Below are positions 9,918 to 18,771 of a stretch of DNA of 64,000 nucleotides, piece by piece. Numbering within the stretch: the stretch's first letter is position 1; every line of letters starts with the position of its first letter. The notes beneath the pieces were generated by a model. That model did no database searches, was not told where the DNA came from, and was given only the letters and a program-made list of their open reading frames with translations. The translations under genes and the position numbers were made by a program. This DNA is from Candidatus Krumholzibacteriia bacterium (GTDB lineage Bacteria > Krumholzibacteriota > Krumholzibacteriia > WVZY01), in contig JBHHVD010000005.1 in assembly GCA_046754105.1 (NCBI GenBank), positions 933 to 64,932 on the forward strand, given 5' to 3'.

Positions 9918-10354
9918 TCCGAACTCCCTGATTACTTTCCCGTAAAACTCTTGCTGGCAACACCCCGCAATAGAGCAAGCATGCCACCGCGCCCTCTTGC
10001 GGGTGGTTCCGGCTGGGCCCCTCGTAGCAAATCACCCACGCGGCAGTGGAGTTGTTGCCCGCGATTTCTCATCGTCTCCCACGTTGGCCACCTGGCACGG
10101 CTGGTGGCAGACGCGAATGGGGGAAATAGCGCAGGCCTTTTTTTTGCTCCCCTCGGCTCTCAACCGTGTCGGCTATTGCATATCGGCAAACCGGTGTTGG
10201 CAACATTCCGATCACGCACGTTGCGGCGTGGCGCCTGCGCGCTTCGCCCGTGCACGTCGCGGGCACAACGCGTAAGCATGGGGAATCCCTGGAAATTCCT
10301 GGCCGCTATGTGCAGTCATAAGTAAATGCAGGACACGATCGATCGATTATCTTG

Positions 10355-10383
10355 TTGAAACGAAACCCGTGCTGCGGTAGAAT
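10355..10383 (+). promoter_or_regulatory. sigma70-like promoter (TTGAAA-17 nt-TAGAAT)
   Basis: TTGAAA at 10355-10360, a 17-nt spacer, and TAGAAT at 10378-10383. It lies about 180 nt upstream of the small ORF at 10566. Confidence 0.45.
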
Positions 10384-10565
10384 GAAGGCATCCTAAATCG
10401 AACGGAATGAATCCCGCACGGCTTGCACCAGGCTCCGGCCGGCCCCGGCAGGTTGCGCACCCGCGTCGACGACGCGCGCGCCGCTTGCGAGGGGAGCAGA
10501 CGTGGCGGGTTGATTTCTTTATCCCCTTGATTTATCGATCATCGGGATGGATTGAGGTGTACACG

Positions 10566-10730
10566 ATGAGGCAAGATCGACACGTGATCGACAAAGAAGC
10601 TCTCAACCGCCTGGAGGATCGTCTCAAACGAGGAATCCCGAAATGGGAGCAATCGCACTTTATCGAGATGGTCGTTCCGCAACTGGTCGCTACTCTGCAG
10701 AAGTACATCAAATTAGAGCCCCGGCACTGA
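10566..10730 (+). CDS. small hypothetical protein (54 aa)
   Basis: MRQDRHVIDKEALNRLEDRLKRGIPKWEQSHFIEMVVPQLVATLQKYIKLEPRH. GAGGTG lies 7 nt upstream of the ATG. Visibly lower GC and non-Arg-rich composition, unlike the upstream part of tracked ORF 10407..10730. Confidence 0.4.
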   Translation: MRQDRHVIDKEALNRLEDRLKRGIPKWEQSHFIEMVVPQLVATLQKYIKLEPRH

Positions 10731-10791
10731 GCCAAGATCGGCCACCGAGAGACTCTCTCCTTTTTCATATACGCAGGAGAAGGCCTCCTTC

Positions 10792-10820
10792 AAGGCTCTT
10801 GAAGGAGGCCGCTGCCGACC
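10792..10820. terminator. perfect 12-bp stem hairpin between convergent genes
   Basis: GGCCTCCTTCAA-GGCTC-TTGAAGGAGGCC. There is no strong T-run on either side, so terminator function is uncertain. Confidence 0.4.
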
Positions 10821-10944
10821 CGAGTGGGCGAGCAACGGGCTCTATTGGTCAAGAAACAGACACGTAATTGCCCGGAGGCGATCTGCCGTCCAGGGTATCA
10901 CCGCAAGCCCGTTTGATGGGGCCCTCCGAGAAACCCTGGGTATT

Positions 10945-11517
10945 CTAGTCTACTCCTTGAGCAGCGCTTCGGCCCGTTCGGCCAGCGCGTCGCCGTTGAG
11001 ACTCTGTTGCGGCGGCAGGCGGCCGCCAAGCTGGTGCTGAAAACAGTCCGGGCGCGGAGGCTTCGAGCAGGGTCACCAACCGCACGGCCCCCGCATTCTG
11101 GTTGAAAAGCGCTTTGAGTTCCCTTCCATCCGGGGAGAGCGCCTTTAACGCCGCGGCATCGGACGCCGCCGTTTCCACCTCGAGCCGTAGTTCCGAGATC
11201 TCCGGTTCTACGAGCCGCTTTGCCTCGAGCGGGAGGGCACCGTCAACGGAGGCCTCCCACGGTCGCGCGCTGTATCCGGTCTTGTTGACCGCGGCGACCA
11301 GAACGTCGGTCGACGGCGGGTGGCCGGAATCCACCGTAACGAGCGCCCGGCTTTCGGCGACATTCACCTCGACGCCGATGACGCCCGTGATGCCGACGAG
11401 CGCGGTCCTGACCGTGGAGGCGCAGCCTTCGCACGTCATGCCCTCGACACGAAGCGCGATCCGGGACTGGCCCTGCCGGTCGGCGGCGAGGATACCCGCT
11501 CGTGCGACCCGTTTCAT
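10945..11517 (-). CDS. heavy-metal-associated (HMA) domain protein
   Basis: GMTCEGCASTV (MxCxxC) ferredoxin-like HMA domain at the N-terminus. The 100-aa C-terminal part is unassigned. The start ATG overlaps the alternate-frame stop of the upstream gene (ATGA). Confidence 0.7.
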   Translation of the reverse strand: MKRVARAGILAADRQGQSRIALRVEGMTCEGCASTVRTALVGITGVIGVEVNVAESRALVTVDSGHPPSTDVLVAAVNKTGYSARPWEASVDGALPLEAKRLVEPEISELRLEVETAASDAAALKALSPDGRELKALFNQNAGAVRLVTLLEASAPGLFSAPAWRPPAAATESQRRRAGRTGRSAAQGVD

Positions 11518-11866
11518 GATTCGCCCTGCGCCTTGAGTGCCATTTCGATCATCCCGCGGCTCGGGGTACCCGAGCCACCGTACATGCGACAGCTAAAGCC
11601 GTAGTCGGTTCGTCCCGTCGCAGCCGGATCGATATCGGCGCCCTCCACGTGTACGGTCGTGACCCCGTCACCGGTCGCATCATTGACGCTGACCCGAAGA
11701 AGCGCAAGCGCCGGGCATCGTCACTACCCCGGACCGCCACCGATTCCACAACCGCGGCGATCCCCAACTCGGCGAGGACCCGCTCTACGAGGTCGACCGT
11801 CGGTTCGTGGTTGGGACACCCTTCGAAATAGAAAATCGTGATCTTCTTCATTTGGAATCGCCTCAT
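11514..11866 (-). pseudogene. thioredoxin-like (CPxx, MerR-operon-associated) small protein, reading frame disrupted
   Basis: Tracked ORF 11549..11866 gives MKKITIFYFEGCPNHEP...DDARRLRFFGS and then degenerates. Another frame from about 11690 down to 11514 reads NDATGDGVTTVHVEGADIDPAATGRTDYGFSCRMYGGSGTPSRGMIEMALKAQGES*, and its TGA overlaps the next gene's ATG. Confidence 0.55.
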
Positions 11867-11923
11867 TCGGAACGAGCCGTGTTGGAACCCGGTTTCTCCA
11901 TACCCATTAGACTCCTTGAACTC

Positions 11924-11943
11924 GGGTTCAGGGTTACAAACTT
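11924..11943. promoter_or_regulatory. imperfect dyad CCTTGAACTCGGGTTCAGGG (candidate MerR-type operator)
   Basis: Lies in the 112-nt gap between merR-like gene and the thioredoxin-like gene. TGAAC/GTTCA arms. TTGTAA and TCTAAT hexamers flank it on the minus strand, but the spacing (22 nt) is not canonical. Confidence 0.3.
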
Positions 11944-11978
11944 TTTTTTGATTTAGAAGAAACGGGTGTCCGGGGGGC

Positions 11979-12434
11979 TCAGCGGCCGGTGGGCCGGCGC
12001 CGGATCGGCTTCAGGTCGTCCACGGGGCCGTCTGAGGGCTCGAGTTCTTCCATGACGTGGCACTCGTCTTCAGCCTCCGCCCCCTCGCATTTCTCCAGAA
12101 AGCTCTCGAGAATCGCCTGCACTTGCTTGAATTCTTCGATGCGGGAAGTGGTGTCGGCGAGGCGTTTTTCGACCAGCGCCCGGACTTCCCCACAAGGAGC
12201 GGTGTCCCCGTCACGGAGTTCCAGAAGCTGGCGGATGTCGGCGAGAGTAAACCCCGTCGCCTGTGCCATGCGGATGAACCGGATGCGATCACCGGCCCCG
12301 GCGCCGTAGAGCCGGTAGTTGCCCTCGCTGCGCCCGGTCGGGCGCACCAGCCCGGCGCGCTCGTAATAGCGCAGCGTGGAAACGGGAAGACCCAACTCGC
12401 CGGCCAGCCGGCCGATCGTCTGTGCCTTTTCCAT
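11979..12434 (-). CDS. MerR-family metal-responsive transcriptional regulator
   Basis: N-terminal HTH IGRLAGELGLPVSTLRYYERAGLV. Dimerisation helix and C-terminal Cys residues (PCGE..., EKCEG..., DECH). Confidence 0.85.
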   Translation of the reverse strand: MEKAQTIGRLAGELGLPVSTLRYYERAGLVRPTGRSEGNYRLYGAGAGDRIRFIRMAQATGFTLADIRQLLELRDGDTAPCGEVRALVEKRLADTTSRIEEFKQVQAILESFLEKCEGAEAEDECHVMEELEPSDGPVDDLKPIRRRPTGR

Positions 12435-12465
12435 ACCTGAAATGTAGTGAAGGTTGAAGCTTTGT

Positions 12466-13191
12466 TCAAGGTTGAAGTGCGCTTTCCGCTGTGTCTCGCC
12501 CGGGCACGCCCCGTGCTCCCAGGTCGGTCAGCATCCGTCCACCCCGGAACAAGCAATATATGCCAATGACTTGCAGGATATGGCAGATTTCGTCGAGGGC
12601 GAAATCAGCGCCGAGGTGGCCGGACTGGATCGCCGCACAGCCGGTCAAAAGTGCGGCGCCGGCGATGACCCACGGTGCGGCCGGGTCGCGGCGGCGGGTC
12701 CACGCACGGGCCTGCAGCACGAGGACCGCGATCATGGCGGACGAATGCTCGAAGACCGCGTATCCCAACGCGTCGTGCTCGATAGTCCACGCCAGGTACA
12801 GGACCGTCTGACCGGTGGCCAACCACAGGACGATGCGGCGCGCCCTCCCCCGTACGGAACCGAAGGCGGCACCGGCTACGAAGCAAAAGGACGCAAGGCC
12901 GACCCCTGCCATCGCCGCCCTCCGCAACGTGCCGGCAAGCGCCACCGGAAACCCCACGCCGCGTCCGTAATACGTGCCCCCGGCGAGGGCTGCAAGGCTC
13001 GTGAACAATAGTGCGGCAGCCCACAGGCGCGCGGTCCACCCCTGGTCCGACCTCCGCCGGGCGGTCAAAAGGAAGGCCAGCACGAGCGCCACCGCCCCCA
13101 GCAGGAGGTCCGTGGCCGTGGTCGATGCCCCCGGGATGGTCATCTTGTCCGTCTCGATTCGTGTTTCATACAAGACCGTCCCGCGTCGCAC
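12466..13191 (-). CDS. hypothetical polytopic membrane protein
   Basis: About 6 hydrophobic segments and no recognised motif. An alternative start at MTIPG (13143) is possible. Confidence 0.5.
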   Translation of the reverse strand: MRRGTVLYETRIETDKMTIPGASTTATDLLLGAVALVLAFLLTARRRSDQGWTARLWAAALLFTSLAALAGGTYYGRGVGFPVALAGTLRRAAMAGVGLASFCFVAGAAFGSVRGRARRIVLWLATGQTVLYLAWTIEHDALGYAVFEHSSAMIAVLVLQARAWTRRRDPAAPWVIAGAALLTGCAAIQSGHLGADFALDEICHILQVIGIYCLFRGGRMLTDLGARGVPGRDTAESALQP

Positions 13192-13258
13192 GGACCCTTC
13201 GCCGGGGTCCTTGCGGGGCGCCCATTCCTTGCGAGCGCGGCCCCGGGGTCAAACAGCG

Positions 13259-14488
13259 TTACGGCTCGAGGGGACCGTATACCTGTTCGACGTTGGGTAC
13301 CACCTCGCGCACGCGCTCGGAGAACGTCCGGTACCGGTCCATCTTGCCGGCCGCTTTCGCGATGACGGCCGCGCGGTACAACAACTCGGGGTCCTTGACG
13401 CCCCGGCGGAGGGCGAGGGCGATGCTCGACCAGGCGAGGTGGGAGTCTCCGTTCTTATGGTACGCCCACGCAAGCAGGCTGTAGGATGAGGAGTCCCGCC
13501 GTTCGCGTGATTCCCGGCGCGCGAGGCGCAGCGCCCGTTCGCGTTCGATATCCCACTCGAGATAGAACGTGACCTGGTCCCGGCGAACCCGCTCGGGAAA
13601 ATCGCGGGAGAGCGCTTCAAACTCGGCGGCTGCGATCTGCACCAGCGAATCGGTGACGGCTTGCCGGTGCACGTCCCGGTAGAGGCGGGCCAGCGCGGAC
13701 TTGTGGCGAGGATGCTCTGACAACTCCACCAACCGGCGGCACAAACCGATCGCCTCTCCGTACTTGTGTTGTGCCCGGAGCAGCCGTACCTTCACGGACA
13801 ATGCGACCGCCGAGCCGGGCTGCAGCGCCAGCGCGTAGTCGATGTTGTGGAGGGCCGGCTCCAGGTATCCGCGGGCCAGCAGAATCTTCGCGAGGTCTGC
13901 ATAGGCAGAGGCGAGATCGTGCGCCCCCACTTCTTCTTCCTGCGCCTTCTCGATTGCCTCGTCGATGAACTGGATGGACTTGTCGTAGTCCCTGAGCAGA
14001 AACTCCTCGCGCGCGATCCGCAGCAGCGAGTGGAACCCCTGATCGAACGCGTACATGACGTGGTACGAGGAGTCCGCCCCGCGGTACCCGCCGGTCACCT
14101 GGTAGGCGTCCCCCTGAATACCCCATGCCGTCGGATTCTCCGGGTGCAGCTTCAAGACGTAGTTCTCCAGGAGGAGGACCTCTTCGAATTTCTTCAGGGC
14201 GTACTTGGCCTTCGCGAGCTGGTTCAAGACGTCGACGTCGAGCGAGTCGATCTCGAGCGCCGCGTACGCCAGCGATTCCGCCGCCTCGGCGGCGTAGAGG
14301 TCGCTGCGGTCTTCCCCCCGGTGGATGTAGGCGTCGCTCAACCGCAGCAGATCGCGGACGGACTTTCCCGTCGCCGGTGTCGCGACTCCGGGGGATTTCC
14401 TGGAAGTCGTCTTGTAGCCGATGGCCACCGTGGCGATCACCACTGCTGCTGCCGTCCCGATGGCGATTCTCTTCCGCGCCGCGGTCAC
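13259..14488 (-). CDS. membrane-anchored TPR-repeat protein
   Basis: N-terminal TM segment (IAIGTAAAVVIATVAIGY), followed by repeated A/Y/L TPR-like helices. Confidence 0.65.
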   Translation of the reverse strand: MTAARKRIAIGTAAAVVIATVAIGYKTTSRKSPGVATPATGKSVRDLLRLSDAYIHRGEDRSDLYAAEAAESLAYAALEIDSLDVDVLNQLAKAKYALKKFEEVLLLENYVLKLHPENPTAWGIQGDAYQVTGGYRGADSSYHVMYAFDQGFHSLLRIAREEFLLRDYDKSIQFIDEAIEKAQEEEVGAHDLASAYADLAKILLARGYLEPALHNIDYALALQPGSAVALSVKVRLLRAQHKYGEAIGLCRRLVELSEHPRHKSALARLYRDVHRQAVTDSLVQIAAAEFEALSRDFPERVRRDQVTFYLEWDIERERALRLARRESRERRDSSSYSLLAWAYHKNGDSHLAWSSIALALRRGVKDPELLYRAAVIAKAAGKMDRYRTFSERVREVVPNVEQVYGPLEP

Positions 14489-14571
14489 CCCAGGCTCCTT
14501 TCCTTTGACTTCCTGCTACAAGTTAGCCATCGCGAGCGCACGCAACGACGACCGCGCCCCCGGCCACGGGC

Positions 14572-15465
14572 TCACCGCCGTCTCCGGGTTCCTCCCAAAT
14601 AGATCGCGGCCAGCGCGAGCAGCGCGCCGCTGACGTCGACAATGCCCGTCGGCCTCGCAAAAAACAACACGTCCCAAACAAAGGCGAGCGTCGGTTGCAG
14701 CAGCAGTATGAGACCTGCTCGTGACGCCTCCACCTTGACCAGCGCGCGGCTGATGACGATCCATCCCAGGGCCTGGCACAAGACCCCGTAGGATATCAGC
14801 GCCGCCCAGCTGCGGCCTTCGGGTATCCGAAAACTCTCCCCCTGGAGTGCCCCCTCGACCGCCATGATCGCGGCCGTGCCCAGCGAGATGACGGCGAGAT
14901 TGGCGGCCGCGGGGAGCCGGCGCTCGCTCGACTGGGCCTTCTGCAGGATGAGCAGGTAGCAGGCATAGGTCAGGGCCGTGATCAATCCGAGGTAGATGCC
15001 GAGCCTGTAGTCTTTCTCGAGGGCTGCCCAATCGACCCCCACCAGCATCAACAGACCGGCGACGGCCAGCGGGATCGAGACCAGGAACTTCCAGTCGGCC
15101 CGTTCCTTGAACACGAAAACCCCGAAGGCGGCCAGGAAAAAGACCTGGAAATTGCCCATGATCGTCGACAGACCCGGCCCTATATAATGGATCGACCGGT
15201 GCCAGAAGCTCAGGTCGGCGGCGAAGAGCACGGCGGCGATACACGCCATCCCGAGTGGGCGCGCTCCGCGCCACAGCGGCTCCCCGCGCATGAGAACCAC
15301 GAGCAACAGGAATATCCCGCCAAAGAGGTTGCGGTAAAACCCGGCCATGGTCGGCCCGACGTTGGCCAGCTTGACAAAGACGGGGGAGTAGCTGATCAGC
15401 GTCGCGCCGACGAGGAGTTGGAGTATTCCAAGGCGCAAGTTGCTCGTCGTCTGTTTGTTCTCCAC
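14572..15465 (-). CDS. EamA/DMT-family transporter
   Basis: 297 aa and 10 predicted TM helices. Two-repeat EamA-like pattern. Confidence 0.75.
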   Translation of the reverse strand: MENKQTTSNLRLGILQLLVGATLISYSPVFVKLANVGPTMAGFYRNLFGGIFLLLVVLMRGEPLWRGARPLGMACIAAVLFAADLSFWHRSIHYIGPGLSTIMGNFQVFFLAAFGVFVFKERADWKFLVSIPLAVAGLLMLVGVDWAALEKDYRLGIYLGLITALTYACYLLILQKAQSSERRLPAAANLAVISLGTAAIMAVEGALQGESFRIPEGRSWAALISYGVLCQALGWIVISRALVKVEASRAGLILLLQPTLAFVWDVLFFARPTGIVDVSGALLALAAIYLGGTRRRR

Positions 15466-15575
15466 CTCTGGTCCCCTGGATTGCGATCGCGTAGGGTGAG
15501 CCGTGGATCCAGGAAAGGACCGGATCCATCCTGGCGGGCGGTCTTGAGGCCGCGCCCGTACACCGGATGAACCGC

Positions 15576-17390
15576 TTACTCGCCCAGGGCGCCGTAGCGC
15601 ACCAGCGCGTAGCGGTGTGTTTCGACGTTCTTCATCGCCGCCGCGATTCGGCCGTGCAGTGCCTTGTCCCAGGTCGTGTACTTGTCGATAAACCGGTCCG
15701 CGGCCTCCTTGTCTCCCTCGAACTGCAGGGCCATGACCTGCCGCAGCATCGCTTCGACCGTCTGGTGATAGAGTCCGCGGTGGATGACGAGCCTCTTCAG
15801 CCCGCGATCGTATGTGAGTAGCCCCGTTTCCAGGAAATAGTTCATCTGCATGAGCTGCATCGTCGCGTAGGTCTGGGTCTTGCGCGGGCGGTTCTTGCGC
15901 AGCACTCGGCGGATTCCCGATGCCTGGACCGCCCGCAACCGGGGCTCGGGATAGTAGCGCTTCTTGAAGAGCCGTTTCGCAACGTAGAGCGACACCAGAT
16001 CCGCCTTGAGCTCCTCGAAAATCGATGCGTCTTCCTCGAGCGCGATGTCGAGCGTACGCCCGTCCCGGGTGAGATCGGGTCCGAGATAGTGCCCGATCTC
16101 GTGGAACAATGTTCGGAACAGATCACCATCAGACCCGTAGTCTTCATGGAACTCATCGGACACCGCCGCCTCGAACGCACGCTTGCGCAGTGTAAAGAGC
16201 CCCGGGTGCTGGAGGATATTCTTGCGGATGAGAATCGTGCGGCCGTACTTGCGCGTGATGTAGCTTTCATTGGGCAGGATCGTCGCCGTGTTCGTTCCCC
16301 GCGCCTGGCCGAAATCCGCGATCACGTCATAGACCCCGATGGGAATGTCCTGGCGCACGCTCTTGTGGTTCTCGTACGGCATCATATCCTCCAACTCCTG
16401 CAGCCACTTCGTGACCGTGGCGAGCGATGAGCTCATCACGGGGTCCTTCACCAGAACGCTCGCCCCGAAAAAGCTCTTCACGCCGTAGAGCTCGTCATCG
16501 TAGGTCTCGTACGACCCGATTTGCGCGTTGAGGTTGCCGAACCTGCCCGTCACCCACGCCGCGTCCCCGGCCTCGTAGTTGTCGCGCAAGAGATCGACGG
16601 CCCGTTGCCTGAGGTAGCGTGCAAATTCCACGTCGGTTTCCTCGATCAAGCCCGCCGCTTCCTGCAGCCGGTCGTAGACCGCCCTGAGGTCGGCGGCGTA
16701 GGCGACGCTGTACGGCGCGGCGTAGAACCCACCCTCGTCCGCCGCCGCCACCAGGTCGGAGAGGCTGTTTCGCAGACCCGGATGCAGGACGTCGACGATA
16801 CCGTAACGCTCGATGGTCCGGATGTCCGTACGGAGGTTTTCGGTCGTGGCGCGGCGCACGACCGTGCGTGCGTGCAGCAGAGACGCCCGGGCCTGTGGGT
16901 GCCCGGCAAGGTAGTCGTCGATCTCCTCCTTGCTCACTCCCCACGGGTACACGTTACGCCCCGGCGTCTTGGGGTCGACCGGCAGGAACGTTCGCACCTT
17001 GCCGTCGAGACCCCTGGCGATGGGGCCCTTGAACAAGCGGTACACATCCAGCAGATTCCGCGTCGCGCGCGGATGTTCGAGCTTCTCGTCCAGTTTGCGC
17101 AGCGCCTCGTACGCCGCGAGCGCCTGGTGATGCCGCGATTGCTCGTAGAGCGTTTGCATCATGTCGCCGACGTCCAGCAGCAGCCGCAGCGCCGCTTTTT
17201 CCGCGTCGTTCAAGTGGCTCAGGTCCGGCGACAGCGTGATGTCGAGCGTCTTGTCCAGAATCTGCTGCGACGTCTTCTCGCTCATGTAACCGCCGGGCAG
17301 CTTCCGGGCGCATGCGCCCTGGGCGACGACGCACATCGAGAACACGCACGACAACACGAGATTCAAGCGGCGCGCGGGGCCCTCATTCAT
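15576..17390 (-). CDS. secreted zinc metallopeptidase, M49 (DPP III)-like
   Basis: HEIGHYLGP plus downstream EELKAD, resembling the M49 HExxGH/EExxAE pair. The start is set at MNEGPARRLNLVLSCVF... (ATG 17388-17390), which overlaps the upstream stop as ATGAATGA. Confidence 0.6.
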   Translation of the reverse strand: MNEGPARRLNLVLSCVFSMCVVAQGACARKLPGGYMSEKTSQQILDKTLDITLSPDLSHLNDAEKAALRLLLDVGDMMQTLYEQSRHHQALAAYEALRKLDEKLEHPRATRNLLDVYRLFKGPIARGLDGKVRTFLPVDPKTPGRNVYPWGVSKEEIDDYLAGHPQARASLLHARTVVRRATTENLRTDIRTIERYGIVDVLHPGLRNSLSDLVAAADEGGFYAAPYSVAYAADLRAVYDRLQEAAGLIEETDVEFARYLRQRAVDLLRDNYEAGDAAWVTGRFGNLNAQIGSYETYDDELYGVKSFFGASVLVKDPVMSSSLATVTKWLQELEDMMPYENHKSVRQDIPIGVYDVIADFGQARGTNTATILPNESYITRKYGRTILIRKNILQHPGLFTLRKRAFEAAVSDEFHEDYGSDGDLFRTLFHEIGHYLGPDLTRDGRTLDIALEEDASIFEELKADLVSLYVAKRLFKKRYYPEPRLRAVQASGIRRVLRKNRPRKTQTYATMQLMQMNYFLETGLLTYDRGLKRLVIHRGLYHQTVEAMLRQVMALQFEGDKEAADRFIDKYTTWDKALHGRIAAAMKNVETHRYALVRYGALGE

Positions 17391-18771
17391 TGTGCCAGAC
17401 CTTTCCAATCTCTTCATACTTATCCATGTACCCACGGAAAAGGTCCTTGATCTCCTGCAGCCGCTCGGCCGTCTTGGCCTCGAAGCGAAGCACGAGAATC
17501 GGCATGTTTGACGAGGCCCGGACCAGGCCCCATCCATCCTCGAACGTCACCCGCGCCCCGTTAATATCCACGACCTTGTCAAAGTCCCGTTTGAGTTCCT
17601 CGGTGAGCCGGTCCACCACTCCGTACTTCTTGTCGTCCGCGCAATCGACATCGATGGTCGGTGTGGAAATGTAATAGGGAGTCTCGTCGATGATCTTCGA
17701 CAGGGGCTTGTCCTGGGCGGATATATACTCCGCAAAACGCAGGCCGGCGTAAATCCCGTCGTCGAATCCGTAGTAGTTTTCCACGAAGAAAATGTGACCG
17801 CTCATCTCGCCCGCCAGCAGCGCCTTTTCCTCGTGCAGCTTGGCCTTGATGTGGGAGTGCCCCGTCTTCCACATGATCGGCGTGCCGCCGTGTGCCGCGA
17901 TGTCCTCTTCCAGCGCCTGCGAACATTTCACGTCGAACACGATCTTGCCCCCGGGTTCTTTCTCTAGAACCTGCCGGGAGAGGAGTATCATGAAGCGGTC
18001 CGGCCAGATGACCTCACCGTTCTCGTCCACCACGCCGAGCCGGTCGCCGTCGCCGTCGAAGGCGAACCCTACGTCGGCCTTCTCACCGCGCACCCGCTCG
18101 CCTAGCGCAGCGACGGTCTCTTTGAGGGCCGGATCGGGCTCGTGGTTCGGGAACTCGGGGTCGAGGTCGCAGAACTGCTCGATCACCTCGAGTCCCGCCT
18201 GCCGGAGAACGCCCGGGCCAAAAGCGCCGGAGGTGCCGTTGCCTGCGTCGACCACCACGCGCAGCGGCCGTTTCACGGTCACGCGCCCGGCGAGATCCTC
18301 TACGTAGCGGTCGGTTATGCTCTCTTCGCGGGTACTGCCCGCGCCTTCCACGAACCGCCCCTCCTCGACACAGGCGAGAATCTCCCGGATCTCGCTTCCG
18401 ACCAGAGTGGCCGACAAGCCGCTGGCGAGCTTCAGTCCCGTCCAGTCCTTTGGGTTGTGGCTGCCGGTGATCATGGCGCCACCCTTGATTCCAAAATGAT
18501 ACTGCGCCCAGTACATCATCGGCGTGAGTGAGAGGCCGATATCAACGACGTCTCTCCCGGTGGCGAGCAGACCTTTTACGAAACCGTCCCGCACCGGCCG
18601 GGAGCCGAGCCGGCTGTCATAGGCGACCACGACTTCTCCGATGCCGCGCTTGTCGAGAAACGTGCCGTAGGCCCGGCCGATCAGTTCGCCGCTTCGCGGA
18701 TTGAGTTCGTTGTTGTTGGCCTTTCCGCGAATGTCGTATTCGCGAAACATGCTTCTCTCGATCCGGGACAT
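17383..18771 (-). CDS. phosphomannomutase/phosphoglucomutase
   Basis: TGSHNP active-site loop, DGDGDR metal loop and GEMSGH sugar loop. Start chosen at MSRIERSMFREYDIRG. Confidence 0.9.
   Translation of the reverse strand: MSRIERSMFREYDIRGKANNNELNPRSGELIGRAYGTFLDKRGIGEVVVAYDSRLGSRPVRDGFVKGLLATGRDVVDIGLSLTPMMYWAQYHFGIKGGAMITGSHNPKDWTGLKLASGLSATLVGSEIREILACVEEGRFVEGAGSTREESITDRYVEDLAGRVTVKRPLRVVVDAGNGTSGAFGPGVLRQAGLEVIEQFCDLDPEFPNHEPDPALKETVAALGERVRGEKADVGFAFDGDGDRLGVVDENGEVIWPDRFMILLSRQVLEKEPGGKIVFDVKCSQALEEDIAAHGGTPIMWKTGHSHIKAKLHEEKALLAGEMSGHIFFVENYYGFDDGIYAGLRFAEYISAQDKPLSKIIDETPYYISTPTIDVDCADDKKYGVVDRLTEELKRDFDKVVDINGARVTFEDGWGLVRASSNMPILVLRFEAKTAERLQEIKDLFRGYMDKYEEIGKVWHNE

Noticed and set aside
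10087-10104. sigma54-like motif CTGGCACGGCTGGTGGCA
   Set aside because: The -12 GC is displaced by one position and TTGC is not matched. No downstream gene lies within reach.
10407-10565. Upstream part of ORF 10407..10730
   Set aside because: It is Arg-rich GC-rich nonsense with no RBS. I treat it as the leader of the 54-codon ORF.
10945-11100. Possible second frameshift at the 3' end of the HMA gene: an alternate frame reads ...CFQHQLGGRLPPQQSLNGDALAERAEALLKE*
   Set aside because: Both frames look superficially plausible in GC-rich DNA, and I recognise no family motif in either. The evidence is insufficient.
17391-17537. N-terminal extension of the M49-like ORF (MDGAWSGPRQ...)
   Set aside because: It overlaps the PMM gene by about 150 nt. 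The internal ATG at 17390 gives a signal peptide and classic ATGAATGA coupling.
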